Assembly (NCBI RefSeq): GCF_001194135.2
Contig: NC_068992.1
Span: 45,522,976-45,561,195 of the forward strand
Source of the DNA: Octopus bimaculoides
Taxonomy: Eukaryota
Reading direction: 5' to 3'
Length of the DNA: 38,220 bases
Under the pieces are notes generated by a model, which searched no databases, was not told the origin of the DNA, and saw only the letters and a program-made list of their open reading frames with translations. The translations under genes and the position numbers were made by a program. Position 1 is the first letter of the stretch, and every line of letters begins with the position of its first letter. This document shows positions 1 to 12,745 of the stretch, piece by piece.

Positions 1-177
1 ATATATATATATATATATATATAAATCAAAGGAGTTAACATTTCACTAAACCCTGGAATTTCTACATTTATAAGTAGGCTGTTACATCCTTGGCACTTAT
101 GTGAATTTTTGCTACCCTGGTAACTATGTATTTATTTTTTCCGTATTATTTGTACACATTGAAAAAAAGCACATATC

Positions 178-216
<39 letters not shown>

Positions 217-351
217 TAAGACTGTGTAGACTAGGACTAGGCTAGAAATGCAGAGAGAGATAGAGAAATGGAAGGAGAGAGAAAGAGAGGTAGATAGATA
301 GAAAAATAGATAGACTTGTGTGTGCATATAAATGAACGTATGTGTATGGAC

Positions 352-355
<4 letters not shown>

Positions 356-434
<79 letters not shown>
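356..434. repeat. (AT)n microsatellite
   Basis: Uninterrupted TA dinucleotide run seen directly. Confidence 0.95.
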
Positions 435-439
<5 letters not shown>

Positions 440-1170
440 GTGAATGATTATGTATACATATATGCACATACCTATATAGATAAACACACATAAATATATA
501 TTTTACTATATATGTATTTATATATAGGTTTATTAACATGTATGTGTTGATGTATGTGCGTGCGTATGTGCGATGGTGTGTGTGTATGAGTACGTGCGCC
601 CGTGTGCGAGTAGTATTTGTATGTGTGTGTGTGTATTAGGGTGTGTGTGTGTGTATGTGGGCGTGTGCATGTGTGACTAGACATTAATGTTACCCATTTC
701 GTTTTAATTTCTGTATATTTTGTATGAACATTTTGGATATGAAGTGTTTTCCCACTTGGTTTGTACAAACCGAAACAAACTTCTTTATTTTCTCACACAA
801 TTTTGTTTTTTTCCCTCGCTCACTTTTCTCCCCCTCCTCCTTTCTCTCTTCATCTCTATTTCATTCTCTCTCTCTCGATCTGCACCTCTCTCACTGACAC
901 ATCTACACTCGTCTCGCTCTCTCGTATGCATCATTTTCTGTTATATTTTCTAGCATTTTGTATTTTTTTTCCAGTCTCCACATCTCTGCATGTCATTTAA
1001 TAACGTGTTGTTTACATTTTTATGATGCCATCGAGACCATTATTCTTTTCAAAAATCCAGTGAAACAACTATTGTTACGTTGTTGGATTTTCTGCAGAAT
1101 ATATTTGCTGCTTCGCTAGTTCAGATATCACGGAGACTTATGACAGGCTACACGCACACACACACCAAAT

Positions 1171-1412
<242 letters not shown>

Positions 1413-1651
1413 GTACACACACATATATATATATACAAATACGCATTTACCATATATACCTTCGAATGTTTCCTATTGTCTCCTGGCATCCTCAGCGGGA
1501 AAAGGTCACGTCATATAAACGAGAAACTGTCTAGAATTTCATGTAACAATTTCGTGTTTGCGTAACATTTTTATTCATCACAACAAATATATATGCCCAT
1601 GATAATAATATATTGAATAACTACTGACTTCATGAGGAATATAGTCATATA

Positions 1652-2043
1652 NNNNNNNNNNNNNNNNNNNNNNNNNNNNNNNNNNNNNNNNNNNNNNNNN
1701 NNNNNNNNNNNNNNNNNNNNNNNNNNNNNNNNNNNNNNNNNNNNNNNNNNNNNNNNNNNNNNNNNNNNNNNNNNNNNNNNNNNNNNNNNNNNNNNNNNNN
1801 NNNNNNNNNNNNNNNNNNNNNNNNNNNNNNNNNNNNNNNNNNNNNNNNNNNNNNNNNNNNNNNNNNNNNNNNNNNNNNNNNNNNNNNNNNNNNNNNNNNN
1901 NNNNNNNNNNNNNNNNNNNNNNNNNNNNNNNNNNNNNNNNNNNNNNNNNNNNNNNNNNNNNNNNNNNNNNNNNNNNNNNNNNNNNNNNNNNNNNNNNNNN
2001 NNNNNNNNNNNNNNNNNNNNNNNNNNNNNNNNNNNNNNNNNNN
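1652..2043. other. Assembly gap (N run); first of 10 gaps
   Basis: N runs at 1652-2043, 9569-9578, 15030-15628, 16965-17275, 19966-20600, 21342-21519, 26251-26394, 27629-27674, 29033-29988 and 34235-34477. Most are flanked by microsatellites. Confidence 0.98.
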
Positions 2044-2089
<46 letters not shown>

Positions 2090-2094
2090 AGGAT

Positions 2095-2275
2095 ACAGCA
2101 TACGTAAGCTGTTGGAAATGAGTTGCGACGTCCCTGATGGCAAACTGTATCGGCTTTTCCCTTGGACAACACAAGGGACGCGGATAGGGGAGACTGCATG
2201 GGCGATTGCTGGTCTTCTATAAAAACAACTTTGCGTTGGAAGGGAATTCTCTAGGTGCAATACCATGGTTTTCAC
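2095..2275 (+). mobile_element. SINE central/3' fragment (same family as 15629-15909)
   Basis: gctgttggaaatgagttgcgacgtc...aaactgtatc...cttggacaac...tgcatgggcgattgctggtcttctataaaaacaac aligns with the reverse complement of 15650-15790 (tctgtagaaatgtgttgtgacgtc...aagctgtatc...cttggataac...tgcatgggtaactgctggtcttctataaacaac). No head is present; it is preceded by (CA)n and a gap. Confidence 0.75.
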
Positions 2276-2279
2276 CTAA

Positions 2280-2495
2280 CTGTCTGGATGTTTTGCGTTC
2301 TTGTCCCGAACATAAGAATGTGCCTTCGATCCTTGGACTGGACGATACGCTTTGATCGTTAGCAAAACAACTTCATTTCACGTTCCTCCAGTGCGATGAA
2401 TCGGCGTCCCGTCAGGTGGTGTAGGAAAAGTACGCTACAAAATCGGGGGAGCCGCCTTGTTACCCAATATCTAGGAAAGGACCGTTTACCCTTTT
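2280..2495 (+). mobile_element. Degraded tRNA-derived SINE with CORE/Meta-like 3' part
   Basis: B-box-like cttcgatcc at ~2324-2332, then agcaaaacaacttcatttcacgttcctccagt, similar to the gagcaaggcactttacttcatgtctctccagt segment of the 15.8 kb SINE. It continues with gcgatgaatcggcgtcccgtcagg, resembling the recalled CORE/Meta/V-SINE motif GCGATGGACTRGCRTCCC. The family assignment is from memory. Confidence 0.45.
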
Positions 2496-2596
2496 GATTG
2501 GGTTCGGTGATGTAAACAGATATTCGTTTCATTTATCTCACGCTTTTACTTCTTTTTCACCATTTCTTCATTGTTTACCATCCTTTTTTCTTTTGC

Positions 2597-2791
2597 CTTC
2601 TTCTTCTTCTTCTTCTTCTTCTTCTTCTTCTTCTTCTTCTTCTTCTTCTTCTTCTTCTTCTTCTTCTTCTTCTTCTTCTTCTTCTGTTGCTGCTGCCGCT
2701 GCTGCTCTTATCAGGGCTGTCACCCGGCAGCAGTCGCTGCTGCTGCTGCTACTACTACTACTACTACTACATCAACATCATCATCATCATT

Positions 2792-2823
<32 letters not shown>

Positions 2824-2860
2824 CATCATCATCATCATCGTCGTCGTCGTCATCATCATC
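2597..2860. repeat. Compound trinucleotide microsatellite (TTC)n-(GCT)n-(ACT)n-(CAT)n-(CGT)n
   Basis: Seen directly. It is the source of the poly-S/F/H/L ORFs. Confidence 0.95.
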
Positions 2861-3470
2861 TTGATTCTTTTGTTGTTGTTCTTGTTGTCGTTCTCGTCGT
2901 TTTGTTTTTATACCTGCTAGATCACAGCGCTCATTACGTTTTGTTTGATTAACTGAGCTTTAGAAGCGAATTTTACAGTGTAAAAAAACTCTTTGTATGA
3001 GAAATTTACTTGATTAACTGACCTGGTCAGTTCTGTTATGTTTTCACTCGCCATCGGAATTTGTTAATTGTTTTTTCATGAAATTAAGCACCAAACATAA
3101 AAAAATAGTCCCAATATTTCAATAGGATACTGGCAGAAGTAAGAAGAGACAGGAGCGTTCATCTTAACGCATTAATAGTGATTTAAGTCCAAATCCCCAC
3201 TACCAACAATGCGAACGCAGAAGATGGAGTTAATACAGAAATGACAACAACGCATAGAATGTGATGCTAAACAGAATTTTAATGAAACATTTGGTTTTGT
3301 TCGAATTATTTGTAGTGAAATGTTTTATTTTCTTCAAGATAGTAGTGTCCAGTGCAAATAAATGTTGTAGACAATCTCTAAGTGTACAACACGTGTTTCC
3401 TCTGTCTAGCGATATTAATGCAGTATGTGTCAATTTTTTAGTTATGTAATCTGACTTTTATTAAATGAAT

Positions 3471-3760
3471 TTAGTGCTCTCTACAACTTTCAGAGAGCAT
3501 ATTCGAAATGAAATAAATCGAGAACAAAGCAGAGTGAACGGTGTGATCGCAGAGTACCCAGTTCACAAGTTACCTAGGGCTGGACATGTCTCAAGGTTCA
3601 CAGGCAACAGGTAGAGCCGTGCAAGAGATCGGAAAAGGTCACTTGGAAAACCTCCACGACAATGGGATGATGATTTCGTTAGCAATTTGGATGAAGATGG
3701 AAAAGAATAGCGCAATGAAGACCGAACTGGAAGTGTCTCATGATCAGCGGTGTATGACAA
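3471..3760 (+). mobile_element. RTE-clade non-LTR retrotransposon, 3' end of ORF (decayed)
   Basis: Single-frame translation from 3471: LVLSTTFREHIRNEINREQSRVNGVIAEYPVHKLPRAGHVSRFTGNR*SRARDRKRSLGKPPRQWDDDF. This matches the RTE C-terminal pattern (EHIRNExIR...KLRWAGHVxR...RxxGRPPxRWxDD) and contains in-frame stops. Confidence 0.8.
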
Positions 3761-4849
3761 AATATGATGGGCTCGTCGATTCTATTTACTGTAATACTAT
3801 GATGACTGCTTAAATGACTTCATGCCATATACTAAGGTCAATTGTATTGAATACACTTCTTCCTTGAAAATATGTGACACTCAGAAATTTTTATTACATA
3901 ATCATTTAAATAAAAAAAGCAATCGTTTATAATTCCATACAAATCTTTATGGATATGTACTTATTATTACCATTCACCATTTAATCTAATGTTGTAAATT
4001 GGTACGCCCCAACTAAGAAACATACATGCTCTTGGCAACCATAAGATGAACTTTCGCTTCCTAGCTGAAAAAGGCATGAACATCATAACTTCGTATTGAT
4101 CATGACGCTATAATATAAAACCAGTGTGTCTTGAGAAAATAATTGACTTTCATGGTAAAATAACAATTCAGTTTTGTCATGAAGAATTTTGGTTTTAAAA
4201 TTGTTTAAATTCTAAGAAAAAAGAAACACAGATTCAGCAAATCATCCGGGGTGTAATTGTGTACCGTAAACACCAATATAAAATCTTTACAGAACCTATA
4301 TAATAGCCTTCCTTGTTACATTGTGAAAGACGTAATAAAAATATTTTTCGATGATTTAAAAAATTGACAAAAAAGTTAAAATTCCTACGAGTATCATTTA
4401 ATCGCCAAAATGTCTGTCATCAAATGGAAAGCAACGAAATTTCTACTGTTATTAAAAATCATTATTTAGAAAAAATATTTTTTCATATGAAATGTATTGT
4501 TCTGTTTCTCTAAATGTTGGTGGATCAAGTTTTGAAAGTGATCTCACGTGGGTAATAATTATTCGTATAATTAAGGCCATTAAAATTGACAAAAGCCAAC
4601 AGAGTGGATACAATGTAACATTGATAAAGAATATCTCAAAGTCTAAGCGGGTTAAATCTAAAGGGTGACAGACTAAGAATTGAATGATTTGCAGTCCGAC
4701 AACACTCTTGCTATATACATTGTCCTGGGAAATTAACTATAAACAAGTGAATGGTTCACAGCATGGACGAAGGTATAGTTAAAAATACATTTGATTTTTG
4801 GTAACTATTCAGTTTATTTAGCAGAGCAGCCCCGAGTATAAATTTCATG

Positions 4850-4868
4850 TCGTACACACACATGTACA

Positions 4869-4947
<79 letters not shown>

Positions 4948-5112
4948 ACACACAGACACACACACACACACACAAACACAAACACACACACAAACACACA
5001 AACAAATATATATGTATACACATGCATATATAAAAATACATGTTTGTGCATATGCGTGCGTATACATGTATATGTGTGTGCGTGCGTGTGTATGTGTGTG
5101 TGTGTATGTGTA
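4850..5112. repeat. (AC)n / (AT)n / (GT)n compound microsatellite
   Basis: Seen directly. Confidence 0.9.
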
Positions 5113-5492
5113 CATGCAACTAAATGAGAGTGTAATTTTATTCAAAACTGACCCTGAATGAGCAGCGATAGGAAGGTAGTTACTCCCTATAATAAGCTAG
5201 GCTAATGATGAATTATGTAGAGCATCATCATTATGTAGAGACAGGTGATGGTGAACCCGCCGTACAATTGGGTTTCTGATCGACTGTTCGCATGTTATGT
5301 TACGTTGCTAGTTGTTTACAGTTCACGGGGCTTATTCTGTGGTTTGGAGCGTTTATTATGGTTATGATATTACCCATATACAATATGCAAATATGGATTA
5401 TTTTAAATTGTACATGCTGAATCATTTATACAATTTGGTATTATGGAAGATCGTTTTGAGATAGATATCGTTGGTATTTGATATATTACTAA

Positions 5493-5702
5493 GGCAACGG
5501 ACCGGCAGAACTGATAGAATGCCGAGCGAATTGCCATGCGGTGTTTCGTCCGCCTATAGTTCTGAGTTAAAATTCTGCCGATGCCGACATTGCCTCCCGT
5601 CATTTTAGGGTCGATAGAATAAGTACCTCTTGAACACTGGGGTCGATGTAATCAATTTAGTCCTTCTCCCATTACTAATGGTCTTGTGCCAAAATTTCGA
5701 AC
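5493..5702 (+). mobile_element. tRNA-derived SINE, diverged copy (family of 7563-7797)
   Basis: ggcaacggaccggcagaactgatagaatgccgagcgaa...gttctgagttaaaattctgccgatgccgacattgcc...gggtcgatagaataagtacc...ggggtcgatgtaatc is colinear with the reverse complement of 7563-7797. Confidence 0.8.
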
Positions 5703-7081
5703 TTATTTTAGATACTTATTTTAGTGTCACTATCCCTCACAACAGTCAAGTAGATACTAAGATATAACCTCATTATAGATGCCATATGTGTTCAGCGGAA
5801 AGAAATGGTAGCTGCAGATCTGCTTTAATGTCTGTTAATCGAACTTGTTTTCCATCTGTTTTTGCGTCCGTCAATCTAAGTATGTAATTCCATCACTATA
5901 CATATGTAATTCCACCACTATACGATTGTAATTTTATTACAGTACATATGTGTTCACTTCTGCTCGTATATGTATATTATATCTCTTTCTATACATATTT
6001 AATTCCGTTAGAGTACGATTTTAATTTCGTTTCTTTACGGTTTCAATCCCATCACTCTTTGCGTTTTTTAGTTCTGTCAGTTTGTGCCTCTCATTTCGTT
6101 ACATTTTGATTTTGGTACCTTTACTTACGGTCTTGGCTTCTTTACTTCTCGTTTAAAATTCCATCTAATTGCGCTCTTGTTTCGTTACGTTTCGTTCTGA
6201 CAGAGATCGATGTCCATAATATCTCTTGTGTATCGACAAAAGAAACACCAAAGAAGTACAGTGGTCAGTTTCAAAGAATTGAGATCGTGTTTTCTACAAA
6301 TTCGTGGAGTTCTGCCAATTTTAGAAATCAATATGATTCTAGACTTCCAAAAATATTTTTCTTAACTCAATGATTTAATTCAAAATCAAAATAGGAAAAA
6401 ATCAATGACAAAACATTAACATATAATCCTATTTATAGTGTGAGAGTCTGATAGCAATCCACTGTTTTATATCCATGGCATTCATTGAATTTTCTTAACC
6501 CTTAATTAATGTTGTGATGACCCCTGCTGTCAAACAGGTCGATGTTATGTTTTGCAATTTAGAGAACACGACAGAACTGATAAATATTTGAATAATACCA
6601 AAAATAGTTACAAGTGAAGTTTTATTCAAATGAAACTGATATAATAAATTGTTCAGTTCATGACTACGATTTTATATCAATAATCTTAGGAAAGCGATAT
6701 GAATCATTTTCTTATGAGGCAACAAATCTGATTAAATTGTTGTTTTTATAAAAAGCAATCGGACAGCATATCACTTCTAGATTTTGTTTCTCTAGTTAAT
6801 TATAAATATACTCATATCTGGTATCGGTCAATACGGTAGATATGTGGAATTATAGGGAGACATTCAAATATGAAATTACATTTAATTTTTGTGTTCTTTT
6901 GAAAATAACGTAGACACATATTTATTTGAAAAAAAATTTATTCTAGAACTTTAAATCGAAAAAGTTGTCTGTAAAACTCATTCATTCACACGCACATAAA
7001 TTACACGCACACACGCAAACACGCACATGCACACTCACTCAAACACACACACACATATGTATATATGCATATGTATGGATG

Positions 7082-7123
<42 letters not shown>

Positions 7124-7179
7124 TATATATATATATATATACATATACATACACAAACACACACACACACGCACACACG

Positions 7180-7229
<50 letters not shown>

Positions 7230-7562
7230 ATACACACGTATATATAGACACACACTTCTGTTGTTGTAGTTATCCCAAATGAATTTTCAGTAGAGAATTT
7301 TCGCGAAACAATTATCACGAAACACATTTAAATGAATCTTTTTTACAGTTGCCAGTATCATATCTCTATTGGTGGCATAATGATAGAAGCAGAGTAGCGA
7401 CCATATATTGGCCAAAGGGCCCGAAACTGATGAGAAAGACAGAAATAAATAAATGAATAAAGAATAAAAATGGAATATGTAGAGTTTACTCTATGATCGG
7501 AGGCATTCATAAAATTTTGCAACACAGGAAACTTCACTAGAATTAAGAATTTTCTCGGTTTC

Positions 7563-7797
7563 TTATTTCTTTATTGCCCACACGGGGCTACACACAGAGG
7601 GGACAAACAAGGACAGACAAAAGGGATTAAGTGGATTACATCGACCCCTGTGCGTAACTAGTACTTAATTTATCAACCCCGAAAGGATGAAAGGCAAAAT
7701 CGACCTCGGCGAAATTTGAACTCAGAACGTAACGGCAGACGAAATACTGCTAAGCATTTCGCCCGGCGTGCTAACGTTTCTGCCAGCTCGCCGCCTT
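7563..7797 (-). mobile_element. Full-length tRNA-derived SINE with 16-bp target site duplication
   Basis: Minus strand starts ggcggcgagctggcagaaacgttagc (A-box-like), has gagttcaaatt (B-box-like) and ends aataaagaaataaga. It is flanked by gaattttctcggtttc (7547-7562) and gaattttctcagtttc (7798-7813), which differ by 1 mismatch. Confidence 0.92.
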
Positions 7798-9710
7798 GAA
7801 TTTTCTCAGTTTCTGCCTAACAAATTCTACGTGCAGGACTTGGAAGGCTACAAGAATATGATAGAAGCCATATGACCGCGTGGATGTGAGCCCGTAATAA
7901 TGTGATTGTGAAAGAAGTAAATTCAACATATGGTTCATGCAATACTAGTTATAACATTTAAACATACTTCACGCATATTTTTCCACGAAGAAAAAAGATA
8001 AAAACTGCTAACAAAAGTACATCTCATGTCCAGACCTCAGTAGGTTAAGCAAATGATAATGAATGCGTGTGCTTATGTGTGCATCTGCGTCTGTGTGCAT
8101 GTTGTATGTGGGATTGTGCGCGTGCTTCATGCCTTCTGACAAGCCTTAGTAATGATAATGGAATAAAATGTCTAAAGAGTGAATCTGATTTATGAATACA
8201 TTTCACTGAGATTAAACTTGTTGGTGAATAGAGCTTGTCATATGATATATCGTTTCTGTTTAACTCACAGCAAAAATGAAATATAAAGACAGCAATGTGA
8301 AAGCAATGTTTAAATACACCAAACGAGAGGAGTTGTAATATTGTTTGGTTGTTAACTTGATTTATATCTAGAGGTCAGTTAACAAGTCGTAATACACTAT
8401 GATTATTTCAGCTTTATGAATTATTAATGCATATTTTATGTACGTTAATATACAGGTTATTAATGTATTTAATATACTGATGATAATACTACAACTTGAC
8501 GAGTCGACATAATATCTTGCTTGCAGGATAAAATCGAGAGTTGTTTCTATCATAGCAATAGTTCTAAGTTTTGTCACTTACCAATATATATACAATATAT
8601 ACAATATATACAATATAGAATATATACAATTAGATGGTGTAGCTCACCAACTCTATTTCAAACAGAAATAGTGAGTAATTGACCAATATTTGGCAACTTA
8701 TTCCAGCGGTAACAATTTCTCCCTTGTGTATATTATAACTAGATATGTGTTCTACAAAGATTGTGTCCTATATTGTTTTCATCGAGATAAAGACATTCTC
8801 TTGTGCATCTACAGCTGATTGGCTTATGGGACACACCAAAATCTGAACAATTTCAACAGCATCTTGTTATTTTTAACCTATGCCTTACAAGAATTTTCAT
8901 TTAGGTGTTCTCTAAGTGTCCATGAAGAAATTTAATCTTAGCATCTTAGTATTATCTATTTTAGCAAATAATTTTTTTAATGAATAAGATTTTAAAATCA
9001 AATGCAATATTTACATTTGAAGCGCATTTTCAAAATGAAATAAATAAATAGACAGATAAATAAATGTCAGCATTATATTAGGACGTTGCGTTATGGACTG
9101 AAACACAGCACTAAGGCTAAATAAAATTTCACTAGATAAGTAGTTACCTTCTTTACTGATTTCCTTAACATAGGGGAGACGCGATCGTATGAATATTTAT
9201 AAAGGGGGACCTCCGGGATAAGTTAGTATCAGAAAATATGGTTAACAATCCCGTCTGCAGAATTAAGCCCTGTTTCATTAAAATCTGCTGTTCGTTTGTT
9301 TTCTTTTTTCGTTTTTTCGTTGTAAGACATGGGCAAGAGGCATTTGTAAAACAGGACTCTTTGAAGAAGCATTCAGCTCTAAAGGGTTGAAAATCACTGG
9401 GTTAGGGGATATGTGTCTGTAATACTCATCTACTTACACATCCGATTAACGAGGAAATTGTTAAGTCAATCGAATGATTCAATACTCGCAGTCGAAATTG
9501 AAGAATCTATCATCATTCAAACATAAATAAAACAGTAATTTTTTATTAGTTATAATCCCCCCCCCCCCNNNNNNNNNNAAAAAAAAACATAAGAAAGAAT
9601 AAGAGACCGCAGATAACCATGTTGCGTTTCTGGTTTTGACGTCTCTGCAATATCCGCTCGGCTTTCGTTAGTAAAATTTTCTGAATATTCTGCATTCTCC
9701 TCTCTCTCAG

Positions 9711-9731
9711 TGATTGTCCTGGAGTAGAAAG
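9711..9731 (+). CDS. Candidate 21-nt microexon (xDCPGVEx, phase 2-2), product unknown
   Basis: Acceptor ttctcctctctctcag and donor AG|gtaaat; only one frame is open. There is no homology evidence. Confidence 0.2.
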
Positions 9732-9802
9732 GTAAATATATATATATAATATATATGTAAACTCTTATTCACTTTTGGAAAATAAATCAGTAGATACTGT
9801 TT

Positions 9803-9859
<57 letters not shown>

Positions 9860-9960
9860 GTTGCTGCTGCTACTGTTGCTGCTGCTGCTGCGGTTACTGC
9901 AGCTGCTACAACTGCTGCTGCTGTTGCTGTTGTTACTACTGCTACCACTGCTATTACTAC
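9803..9960. repeat. (CTA)n-(CTG)n compound trinucleotide microsatellite
   Basis: Seen directly. Confidence 0.92.
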
Positions 9961-12077
9961 AGTTGAAAGAGAACTGGAGTGATTTAAAAGGTAAATTCTC
10001 AATAGCAGCTAAACTAGATGAAGATGGGCCAGGTTTAATAATAGACCTCAAGTGGAATCCTTCCATAGGTCAAGACTAGCTCCATCGACACTGTTCCACT
10101 TAGGTGAAGCGTAACGGTTAAAGGGCAAAACGCTTCTGACCCTGAAATACTGACATTAGCGCCTACTAATACACATTGACGGCCGATTAAATATGAATTA
10201 TAGATAAAAATATAAATATGAACCGTTCAGTCTAGTATATGAACATCTACGACGGGAGAGACGTCCGGGATACAAATTGAAAACGCACGCACACACACAA
10301 ATTAACATATATTTCCGATTATAATTAATCCATAAAAGATATCCCAGTGGATTACTCAACACGTCGTTGTTCATTTGTTTTACATGGTTGCCTGATTAAT
10401 TTGGGAGCTACATAATATATTGTGTAATCTAAATAATTACTTATATTTACATCAAAATAAAAAGTCGTAATGAAACAACTGCAGCTAAACTGAAAACTTA
10501 TTCGCCCGTTATTACCCATCGTATCACAAGCAACTTTGGAAGTATACTTTTGCTACCAAATGTAATATCAGGAAATATGTTATATATACAATAATTATAA
10601 TCAAATTATAATAAAATTTGTTGCTGCTTATACAAAATTATGAGACGAATGCTTATTTAAATAAAAAAAAAATTCATTGTTACCATAAAATTATATAAAG
10701 AGAAATCTCATTAGCATAACTCTCCATAACAACTGCGATTTATCTCCCTTTACACATCGTCTTATCTTTTCCTCTTCAGTTTCTACAATTCTTTTCATTC
10801 CTTCTGCACCACCTATTTCAACATTTATTCGTTTCTTTCATGTACTCTCCCTCACGCACTCTCCAAGATTAAAAGCGTTACTAGAAAATCAACCAACAAA
10901 AGATCGAACGAACGAACGTAACAACCAACCAACCAACCAACCAACCAACAAGCCAAACAACAAACCACCTTACCAGCTTGCCAACCAACTATTTACATAG
11001 AGATAATGAGAATTATGAAATACAATCATACCTGCTTAAATACCAAAATATCAAGCTGGTGTAAGTTTATATATAATGATTCACAAAGCAGATTGAAAAA
11101 AAAATCATCATAGTAATGCTAGGTCAAAAAATGTCATATCTTTTCTCACTGAACTCGAATAATGTTTGCTAAGTGTTAGATGAATATATTATGACGTGCA
11201 CAGTTGCATAATAAGGCATAGAAATGCATACATACACATTCATATATTTATGTACAAATATACATACACAAGGACAAAAACAAACGTACCTACAGATATT
11301 CAGCCATAAACACATACATTATATACTACAAACTGGAAAAGGGAAACTGTAAAATGGATAATGAAGTTGAAGATGTTTACTATACACTAATATACTGCTT
11401 AAAAGAAAGAAACAAAAAGAACTGGGTGGTTGCGAGTTAAACACCTTTGATCGTAATCATACACACACACACACACGCACATATACACAGATAGATTGAT
11501 AGATATACTTATAAATAAATAGATAGCTTCAATGTGACACAAAGAATGTGATTAAATTATAGAGGCGTATAAAATAAACATATAAGGAGAATGTCAATGA
11601 CAATTAAATAGTAGATACACAGATGTATATCTAATTAAATTAAGCAACGAAAATAATTTTTTTTTCTCAGTGAATATGACTGGAAAATAAATTGTTGTAC
11701 AATAAAATAGACAAATTTAATATCTTTCCTGACTGAAGCTTTAAGAATCTTGACACAAAACATGAATGCCAATGAAAAAATAATATAAATTGATATTTCT
11801 ACAATTGAATGATGTCAGTGTAGCAGGAAATTCTTGTAAATAATGGCAGACTGTCGTCTATGTTAAAATGTTGCTGGAAATGTATGCATTGGCACTAGAT
11901 TTCATAAACTTTAGCAAGACAGGACGCCGTGAGACAATAACCTGATCCGCTAGAAAGACAAGTTGAATCTTCATCAAAACACGATAATGACTAAAAAGGG
12001 AAAGGTCACGTTGGATAATCAACTCGTGGATGCTTACACGCACTTTGAAGTTAAAATTATAAGGACGGAATTATTAT

Positions 12078-12600
12078 TATTACTATTATTGAGTGAGAGA
12101 GCAGTGCATGCCATCGAAGTGACATTAGTAAAAGTGACAAAGTAAAATATACGAAGTCCAATTATGACTACCTGTCAGATATGACACCGGGCACATGCAA
12201 CACAACCATATGAGCGCAAAATAATGATCTCATATCAAGATAAACAGCATATGACCTTTCAAGTGGGGCCCAGTTAGAGTTTTCTTCAGGTCGAAGAACC
12301 CTTCATGCTCAAAGGTGCTTGAATAAGGGTTGTTTAAGGATGTTGAATGAAACGCTCATGCTTCTATGGATAAATTACTCATCTCCCACATAATTCCTCT
12401 CAACACATGACTGCTCGTGATCAGAGATGGACATATTGTCAGATACAAAGGGACATGCTCAACTCTTTAAGGTCAAATAGCTGAGAAACAAATCTGTGGT
12501 ATTGAGCAGAATATTTGCTGTAGCCTATCTTTTGTACCAAAACAAACATGTACAGGATAACAGTCAGTTACGATCACGAGAGCCAGTGCCTGGTATTACA
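12078..12600 (-). mobile_element. Interspersed retroposon fragment with (AAT)n tail, probably a non-coding 3' part
   Basis: A (TTA)n tail at ~12078-12090 abuts gagtgagagagcagtgcatgccatc..., a sequence I recall as a recurrent octopus repeat. No ORF is present and the family is not verifiable here. Confidence 0.5.
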
Positions 12601-12602
12601 TC

Positions 12603-12648
<46 letters not shown>

Positions 12649-12745
12649 TGTTTCAGTCATTTGACTGCGGCCATGCTGGAGCACCGCCTTTAGTCGAACA
12701 AATCGACTCCAAGGCTTATTCTTTCAAGGCCTAGTATTAATTCTC
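12603..12745 (-). mobile_element. SINE 3' fragment with (AAT)n tail
   Basis: (ATT)n at 12603-12648 is followed by tgtttcagtcatttgactgcggccatgctggagcaccgcctttagtcgaacaaatcgac. This is the 3' end of a recalled, abundant octopus SINE; its gtcgatttgttcgac motif (minus strand) resembles the ggggtcgat segment of the 7.6 kb family. Confidence 0.75.

Noticed and set aside
5990-6370. Exon candidates around the pyrimidine-rich tract at 6.0-6.2 kb
   Set aside because: Two plus-strand frames are equally open with only a weak donor, and the minus-strand candidate has stops in all frames. No call can be supported.
7405-7450. Hammerhead-like words (ggcc-aaag-ggcc-cgaaac, ctgatga); similar at 12260-12290
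   Set aside because: At 7.4 kb the core elements are in the wrong order (GAAA before CUGAUGA). At 12.27 kb no stem II can form.
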